Part shown: positions 57,752-64,000 of the stretch, piece by piece
Position numbering within the stretch: the first letter of the stretch is position 1
Layout: every line of letters starts with the position of its first letter
NCBI GenBank assembly: GCA_964409875.1
Contig: CAYPEN010000002.1
Location: forward strand, 1,067-65,066
Source: an uncultured Gammaproteobacteria bacterium
GTDB lineage: Bacteria; Patescibacteriota; Microgenomatia; Levybacterales; GWA1-39-11
Direction: 5' to 3'
DNA length: 64,000 nt
Program-made: the position numbers and the translations under genes
The notes under the pieces: generated by a model
The model's database searches: none
Seen by the model: the letters and a program-made list of their open reading frames with translations, nothing else
What the model was told of the DNA's origin: nothing

Positions 57752-60580
57752 CTAATTCGGCCCGCTTCCATCGTTATAGTACGTTCGTCCATTAAAGACT
57801 GCTGAGGCTCCGACGCATTGAGGTCCGGCGGCTGTCGCAGTTTTATATCCATCATTATCAGCGTCTCTAACCATATTGGGCAATGTTCTATATGCATAAG
57901 CAGAATTATTATTACAGTCATATGTAGCGCTGGCTGAAGCTATCTTCCACGAGTAATTAAATACGCTGCTTATTGTGTTCCTCCTGATAAATTCAGTAGC
58001 GGCCGAAGGAGTTGAGCCCACATATTGAATTGTGTCATCAAGATAATTATCACGGTCTTTGTCATGAACAAATACTCCACCCGCAGCAAGAGTACCTCCC
58101 CGAGCAACAGCAAGTATCGCTCCTCTTCCTAGCGAAACGGAACCAAACGCAACTTTTTGACCCGCAGTAATAGAAAGTCTTGCTCCGGCGGGAATGGTAA
58201 GCTGTGCGGTATTTCTTGTTCCTGTGCCTGAATCTACTCCACCGATTGTTCCTGTGAAATTACAAACAGCGCCTGCCGGAATAGTCATGTTACCAGCTGA
58301 GGGCGCATCACATGGACCTGAAGGGCCGTCAGGAGTTGTAAATGAAATTACACCGCTGGTTCCTCCACTCGTAGCCCCTGTTGTGTAGTTAACCGAGCTA
58401 ACCGTGTTCACTGCATATGCACAGTAATAATATGTGGTGTTAGGATATAACCAGGTGCTTGCATTAAAAGGAATCTGATAGTTAAAGTTCACCGGCGAAC
58501 TTCCACTCCCCAAATCTATATCAGGGAAGTTACCGGACCCTTCCGGATACCGAATACCACCCGTATCGGATGTTGCAGCACAGCTAGCAGGTGCGCTGGT
58601 AAATACCCTAAAATGACCGTTGGTTGGGTAACCATTCGGGTTAGCTGACCCTTTCAAATTCACATAATACGATTGGGGGGCATCATTGCTAACGGTGGTT
58701 ACAGATGTCGGCGCAGGATTTAGCGTTGAAAATGTGCCAAGCGTATAAGCTGTACCATAAGAATTGGTTGCATACGCATTAAATGAATAGGCAGTATTGG
58801 GTTGTAAATTACTAATATTTACTGTAAATACTCCGGTTGTCGTCGCCCCTTGTGGAGTACAGGTTACACCCGAACCAACCAATTGTGGGTTATTGTTAGT
58901 AGATGTAACTGCATAGCAAATACCTCTTGCTGTTAACGATGAGCCTCCAATTGATGTAACGTTGCCACCAAGTGTAGCCGATGAAACCGTGACTGAGGCA
59001 CTAGTAGGCGAAGTTATTGTTGCAACACCTGCAGTCGTTGAAAAGGTATCATCTGTGGAATATGTAGTCCCAAATGCATTTGTAGCATAAGACCTGAAGT
59101 GGTAAAGAGTACTTGGACTTAAATTGTTGAATGTAACTGTGTAGCCCCCAGTAGTTCCAGTAGCTGTTAAGCAATTTCCACCTATAGAAGGGTTAGCGCC
59201 AGTGCCAACACAAACTCCACGACTAGTTATTGTTGAACCCCCATCATTATTTACATAACCGACCAAAGTTGCGCCTGTAGCCGAAATACCACTAACACTT
59301 TGTATTGTTACAGTAATACGATAATGGTCAATGCTATATGTATAAGAACCACTACCAACAATATTTGACTCCTGTACTCTCATTCCGAACGTGGCACTAT
59401 TGATATCGGTTGGTGTGAAAGTTGTTCCCCAGAGATCTGAAGATGATCCGGCAGACCCATATTGCATAGTTGTGTTGATGCTAATATATCTTCCATTACT
59501 GTTAGTACATCCATAACTACCACCTGAGGTTTGATTCGCACAAGTGGAAAGGAATGTATACCAGCTGTCAGTTCCCGACGAAACAGAGCTTTTAGCTTCA
59601 GCCTTTATCCCCAGAATTGAAGCGCTTACTGGTATATTAAATCCAAAACCATAACCCCACAAAAGACTCGTATATCTACCATAAAGAGAACCGTCCAAAA
59701 CTGAAGTTGCATATTGACCGTCTGCTGTATTTGCATATGAAGGATTGGTCCAGGGTTTTGAATATGCATCATAATTATCAGACCAAACAGTTGTTGGATT
59801 CATTGGACCAACATCAATTGTCCCGTTTGTTCCACTTGTGTTACTCATTGTCGGCGCTAAGGGTTGGGTTCGAAGAGCAATTGTAACAACACCTGCTGTT
59901 GCAGTTTCAGATACAGTGGAAGTAAATGATCCTGTCGTTCCAATAGAAGCCTGAGCAATATCAAACATTGCAGTACTTCTACACGATGCGTTATTTGTTG
60001 AAGCTCGTGAGGAAGTACCCGTTGGCGTTGTCCACGTATCACCCAGACAACCCGAAGAATAACCATTATAGAAAAGCAGAACCATATCATTTGCAACAGT
60101 TGTTGTTAGAGCAGTTGTTGCGTGAGTGGTGGAAGTTGCTTGACCTGCAATCGTATGCACATCAATTGGAGTGGAGTTGTTAACTCCCGAATAGGCAACA
60201 ACTCCGGCAGACCAACAGAGACCGCTTCCATAGCTATTAGTCCACGTATAGCTTGCAGGTTCAGATGATACAACTCTGTAATATGTATAAACATTTAGGC
60301 CGTTTGTTGCATCATTTAAATTATCGATAAGAGTCCATCCTGTAGGCGTAGTCCAAGTACCTGAAGTGCCTGAATAGATGTTGGCTATCATAACATCCCC
60401 GTTTTGCACTCCTGCAGGCACATTAATAACAGCATTGGTGGGAGAACAAGCACTACCACTATTAGCAGTTGATGCTGCTCTAAACGTTATTGCAGCCTCA
60501 ACTCTTGTTGGCTTACTTAATAATAACGCAAATATTACCAAACTAAATCCAGACAATAATAATAATTTTTTAAATTTCAT
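57752..60580 (-). CDS. Large secreted surface protein (FN3-like repeats, DxDxD motifs)
   Basis: Start MKFKKLLLL; DGGSTITSRGVC-type repeats; shares a domain with 53954-57280; C-terminus may be truncated. Confidence 0.8.
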   Translation of the reverse strand: MKFKKLLLLSGFSLVIFALLLSKPTRVEAAITFRAASTANSGSACSPTNAVINVPAGVQNGDVMIANIYSGTSGTWTTPTGWTLIDNLNDATNGLNVYTYYRVVSSEPASYTWTNSYGSGLCWSAGVVAYSGVNNSTPIDVHTIAGQATSTTHATTALTTTVANDMVLLFYNGYSSGCLGDTWTTPTGTSSRASTNNASCRSTAMFDIAQASIGTTGSFTSTVSETATAGVVTIALRTQPLAPTMSNTSGTNGTIDVGPMNPTTVWSDNYDAYSKPWTNPSYANTADGQYATSVLDGSLYGRYTSLLWGYGFGFNIPVSASILGIKAEAKSSVSSGTDSWYTFLSTCANQTSGGSYGCTNSNGRYISINTTMQYGSAGSSSDLWGTTFTPTDINSATFGMRVQESNIVGSGSYTYSIDHYRITVTIQSVSGISATGATLVGYVNNDGGSTITSRGVCVGTGANPSIGGNCLTATGTTGGYTVTFNNLSPSTLYHFRSYATNAFGTTYSTDDTFSTTAGVATITSPTSASVTVSSATLGGNVTSIGGSSLTARGICYAVTSTNNNPQLVGSGVTCTPQGATTTGVFTVNISNLQPNTAYSFNAYATNSYGTAYTLGTFSTLNPAPTSVTTVSNDAPQSYYVNLKGSANPNGYPTNGHFRVFTSAPASCAATSDTGGIRYPEGSGNFPDIDLGSGSSPVNFNYQIPFNASTWLYPNTTYYYCAYAVNTVSSVNYTTGATSGGTSGVISFTTPDGPSGPCDAPSAGNMTIPAGAVCNFTGTIGGVDSGTGTRNTAQLTIPAGARLSITAGQKVAFGSVSLGRGAILAVARGGTLAAGGVFVHDKDRDNYLDDTIQYVGSTPSAATEFIRRNTISSVFNYSWKIASASATYDCNNNSAYAYRTLPNMVRDADNDGYKTATAAGPQCVGASAVFNGRTYYNDGSGPN

Positions 60581-60581
60581 T

Positions 60582-60998
60582 TTATTTAATAGTAATTGAA
60601 ACCTTATTATTCGTATCGTTAGATAACCAAGAAGTAAATTCGCCTGATTTACCAAACACTTGCGTATTAGTGGTTTTTCCGGGCCCAACTGTTATATCAG
60701 AACTCATAAGCCCACTTGTTTTTATCGTAACCTCTTTTGCAGTATTATTTTTGACTATTAATGCATTACCTACCTTCACCTCTATCGTATGTGGAGATAG
60801 ACCATCTGATGTCACAAAAAGTGTTCCAGATGGTACTGGTATGGCTGTTGGATTTATTGCTGTATTTTTCATAGATGTAGTTGGCTTTTGAGTTAGAACT
60901 TCGATTTTTGTTTGAGATTTCGACTTAAAGAGAATAATAATACCAAAAAGAACAATTAATCCCATACCTAATATAATTACTATCACTTTTCTATTCAT
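60582..60998 (-). CDS. Membrane-anchored cupredoxin-fold-like protein
   Basis: GLSPHTIEVKVG..LIVKN...VGPG...FGKSGEF. Confidence 0.7.
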   Translation of the reverse strand: MNRKVIVIILGMGLIVLFGIIILFKSKSQTKIEVLTQKPTTSMKNTAINPTAIPVPSGTLFVTSDGLSPHTIEVKVGNALIVKNNTAKEVTIKTSGLMSSDITVGPGKTTNTQVFGKSGEFTSWLSNDTNNKVSITIK

Positions 60999-60999
60999 A

Positions 61000-62028
61000 T
61001 TACCTATTTATTCTAATGGACGATGTTGATGTATTTCCCAGACTATCTGTTCCTATCAAATCATACCCATACGTTCTGTTATAGGTATCCGTAACCTGCC
61101 AAGTTCCCGACCACGTTCCGCTCTGAGCAGTCCCTCCGCTTCGGGACAACGTAAATTCTCTCGCGTCGCCATCCGAGTATAATACTGCTTTAATTGAAGT
61201 AATATTTCCAACAGAATCATCTGCTTGCACTCTAATCGATTGCGCCTGGCCAATCGACTGGTATAACGGCATAATTGTTGCACTATATATATCAGGATTG
61301 GTACTTGCAGGATTCCCAAAGTCATAGGTAACAGAGCCTACAGGAGGAGTCGGGGTTGGAGTTGGGGTTGAGGACGGCAATGGAGTCGGTGTTGCGGTAG
61401 GATTGATGGTTTCTATTCCTCCGCCGCCAATTGAAGGCCCTGCAGCAAGTGCGTCACAATTGACAGCTCCTGACAATGTACATGCCCATGTGGCACCTGA
61501 GTAACCGGCAGGAACACAATTTGAAAGGGATGAAAGCGGACAAATATTGGTAAGCGCAGAGGACTTACTTACCTGCGCAAATACCACATTCCATTGAGGA
61601 CAGGCAGCTGATGTATCGGTACGATACTTATAACACGTCCCGCTGCCTCCATTACATTTCGGGTCCTGAGGAACCTTCTTCATATATACAGTGTTATTCA
61701 CCCTCCACTCGTTACCGAAAGGAATTTGCTGTGGGTAACATTTTTTATCACCATAGTAAAGATCCAAAGCGGTCTTAACCTGCTTCAAATCGGCAACTCT
61801 TTGAGCGTCTTGGCTTTTATTCAGCTGTCCTACGGGGTTGATGGTCAAAAGAATGCCGCCGATAAGTGTCGCAAGAATTGTTGCGGCAACAAGCACTTCA
61901 ATAAGAGTAAAACCTTCTTTAGAAGACAATAGACAATAGACACTAGACACTAGATTTTTTTTATTCAATCTTCTGTCTTCTCTCTTCTGTCTTTTGACTA
62001 ATATATTCTGTTGGGCAGATAATTTCAT
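61000..62028 (-). CDS. Type IV pilin/GspG-like protein with extra C-terminal domain
   Basis: GFTLIEVLV prepilin motif, ALDLYY..YP, YMKKVPQDP. Confidence 0.88.
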   Translation of the reverse strand: MKLSAQQNILVKRQKREDRRLNKKNLVSSVYCLLSSKEGFTLIEVLVAATILATLIGGILLTINPVGQLNKSQDAQRVADLKQVKTALDLYYGDKKCYPQQIPFGNEWRVNNTVYMKKVPQDPKCNGGSGTCYKYRTDTSAACPQWNVVFAQVSKSSALTNICPLSSLSNCVPAGYSGATWACTLSGAVNCDALAAGPSIGGGGIETINPTATPTPLPSSTPTPTPTPPVGSVTYDFGNPASTNPDIYSATIMPLYQSIGQAQSIRVQADDSVGNITSIKAVLYSDGDAREFTLSRSGGTAQSGTWSGTWQVTDTYNRTYGYDLIGTDSLGNTSTSSIRINR

Positions 62029-62532
62029 TTATTTAATAACTACAATTCCCGTCATTGACGGTTTTTCTTTACTTTTGTAGGTGAATGTGCCTGATGTATT
62101 AAAGGTTACTTGCTTGTATTCCCCGGGTGCAATTGCTCCTAAATTAAGTACAGCGCTGTTTGCATCATTTGCCTCGATAGTAATAGGGTCTGCGTCGATA
62201 TTAAGGAATTGAATGTAACCGCCTTTTGGAATGGTAACTGGAGAAGGATTAAACCTTCTCGAATTTAACATGACCGTTGAATTTTCTATTGGTGGAATTG
62301 TCGGATACGGGGTGAGGTTGACCTTTTTTGTAGGCTCGTTGGATGTGGAAGGGATATTGTTGTCAACGACGTTTTCTTTCCCTTTCCCAAAAAGCAAAAT
62401 TATTGAGAGCACCAGGAAAATAACAATTCCCCCCACTAAAATGCCCATGATTATTTTTTCGTTTTTGTTCATGGCGCGAGTAAGCTCATTTGAGATATAT
62501 CCTGCTTCTTTTGACTTGACTCTTTTTGGCAT
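62029..62532 (-). CDS. Membrane-anchored cupredoxin-fold-like protein (alternative start 62472)
   Basis: FNPSPVTIPKGGYIQFLN...IAPGE...TFNTSGTFTY...GIVVIK. Confidence 0.7.
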   Translation of the reverse strand: MPKRVKSKEAGYISNELTRAMNKNEKIIMGILVGGIVIFLVLSIILLFGKGKENVVDNNIPSTSNEPTKKVNLTPYPTIPPIENSTVMLNSRRFNPSPVTIPKGGYIQFLNIDADPITIEANDANSAVLNLGAIAPGEYKQVTFNTSGTFTYKSKEKPSMTGIVVIK

Positions 62533-62835
62533 ATCAATTTGTATAACTTTTTTATCTGTCGCAAATTGTAAGAAAAGGCCGACCTGCCAAAACTAAGCCA
62601 ACCGGAAGCTGCAACACTCCCTACCCAACGCACTACTGCATTGTGTAGTTTTAGTATATGTACCTTTTTTTTCCGTTGTCAAGAGAAGAAAACACTCAAA
62701 ATATATTAAATATATTAATTTCTCTATTTAGAAACGAGCTATTTCTCATTTCTTTGTATAATTTACTATAAATATAGATATCAAAATATAAAACAAACTA
62801 TCAATTATTCTTGATATTTATATGATATCTATTTG

Positions 62836-63756
62836 TCATTTATACGGTATTTCAGTTGTAACAGTTATCCCCATGCTATCGGTCGCTTGAATCCGTAAAA
62901 AATATTGCTTATTTATCGTATCAGTTATATTCCATATGCCATACCACGTTCCATTTGTGTTTTCACCATCTACAAGATGCAACGGATACGTATTTACCTG
63001 TGTATCAGTTCTTACTGTTACATTGACAGAATTGATTGGATTTGTTGAACGCGCTTCGATTGAGAATCTTTGCAAGCCGCGTGCTGCAGGATATGGACTA
63101 ATATTACCTGCTGTAAAATAGGGGTCAGTATTCATTGCAACGGTAAAATTCCCACCGGTAGCTGGCGTAGGGATGGGAGTCGAGGAAATTGACGGAACTG
63201 TAGTTGGCGTCACTTTATCACCATACTTTAATGCGGACGCTTGCAGTGACTGACAATCTACATCTCCTGATAGTTGGCAGGCCCATGAAGAGTTGTAGCC
63301 TGATGGCGCACATTTGGATAAGCTTGATAATACACATGCATCTCCATTGCTTGGCTGCTTATCGAGCTTTGCAAATACGATTCCCCATTGAGGACATGCT
63401 TTTGTATCTGTATAATAACTAAAGGGTACGTTGTTAGGATCTTGGGGAACCTTTTTCATATAAACGGTATTATTTTCTTTCCACTCTCCCCCATTTGTAA
63501 GCACATCGGAAAAAGAAGAATTTTTTGAAGGAAAACACTTTTTATCAGAATAATAAAGATTGAGTGCCTTTTTTATTTCCCGGATACTCTCCTGTCTCAC
63601 CACATCCTTTGCTTTTGTTGTCTGCCTGAAAGGGTTGATGCCTATCAAAACTCCAGCCCCAAGCGTTGCAAGAATCGTAAGTGCTACCAAAATTTCAACA
63701 AGAGTAAAACCTTTGTTCTCTAGCATATCTTCTTTCGATGCTACTCTTTTATGCAT
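62836..63756 (-). CDS. Type IV pilin/GspG-like protein, paralog of 61000-62028
   Basis: GFTLVEILV, ALNLYY..CFP, YMKKVPQDP, CPQW. Confidence 0.88.
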   Translation of the reverse strand: MHKRVASKEDMLENKGFTLVEILVALTILATLGAGVLIGINPFRQTTKAKDVVRQESIREIKKALNLYYSDKKCFPSKNSSFSDVLTNGGEWKENNTVYMKKVPQDPNNVPFSYYTDTKACPQWGIVFAKLDKQPSNGDACVLSSLSKCAPSGYNSSWACQLSGDVDCQSLQASALKYGDKVTPTTVPSISSTPIPTPATGGNFTVAMNTDPYFTAGNISPYPAARGLQRFSIEARSTNPINSVNVTVRTDTQVNTYPLHLVDGENTNGTWYGIWNITDTINKQYFLRIQATDSMGITVTTEIPYK

Positions 63757-63788
63757 AGTATTGAAATGTTAGGCTAAGTATTTGCCAA

Positions 63789-64000
63789 TTACTGAATTAC
63801 TATCGTTCCTTTTTGCTCCGGTATTAATTTATTGTAGTAACTAAATTGTCCGGGGGTTGAAAACTTTATAGGACTGGATGTACTTCCCACCTCAATTTTC
63901 CCAATTTTTAGATCATTATTCGCTGGAGCTGATAATATATTTGGCTCTATATCTATCACCTTCTCTGAAAAATTAGCAAAATTGATATATGTACCTTTTT
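63789..64000 (-). CDS. 3' part of a fourth cupredoxin-fold-like gene (start outside the window)
   Basis: Translates KGTYINFANFS...KFSTPGQFSYYNKLIPEQKGTIVIQ*. Confidence 0.65.
   Translation of the reverse strand, partial: KGTYINFANFSEKVIDIEPNILSAPANNDLKIGKIEVGSTSSPIKFSTPGQFSYYNKLIPEQKGTIVIQ

Overview
AT-rich bacterial chromosome segment whose gene set and style suggest a Patescibacteria (CPR, Microgenomates-like) genome; this assignment is inferred. It carries uppP, mreB, a WecG/TagA glycosyltransferase, split comEC plus comEA, leuS with a domain insertion, tRNA-Thr(CGT), WxL-like surface clusters, type IV pilin-like genes and a 3725-aa surface giant. Many host genes look leaderless. The main observation is six visibly GC-richer gene islets built on one scaffold that resembles an rRNA operon. 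The order is sigma70 promoter, Nus boxA, arm A, small Shine-Dalgarno-led ORFs, arm A' (the exact 8-14 nt reverse complement of arm A, close after the last stop codon), then a terminator hairpin. Each mRNA could therefore be closed by a 5'/3' stem. Other notable items: a ~97-115 bp structured repeat with covarying stems, one copy of it in-frame inside the WecG gene; a giant fibre-like protein with two cytoplasmic integrase-type DNA-binding domains; an alpha/beta-hydrolase inserted in LeuRS; synonymous duplicates of the mreB C-terminus; heptamer repeats; a recurrent CGTGAAAA intergenic motif; and four cupredoxin-like/surface-protein pairs. All calls come from reading the sequence by eye, and no database searches were run.
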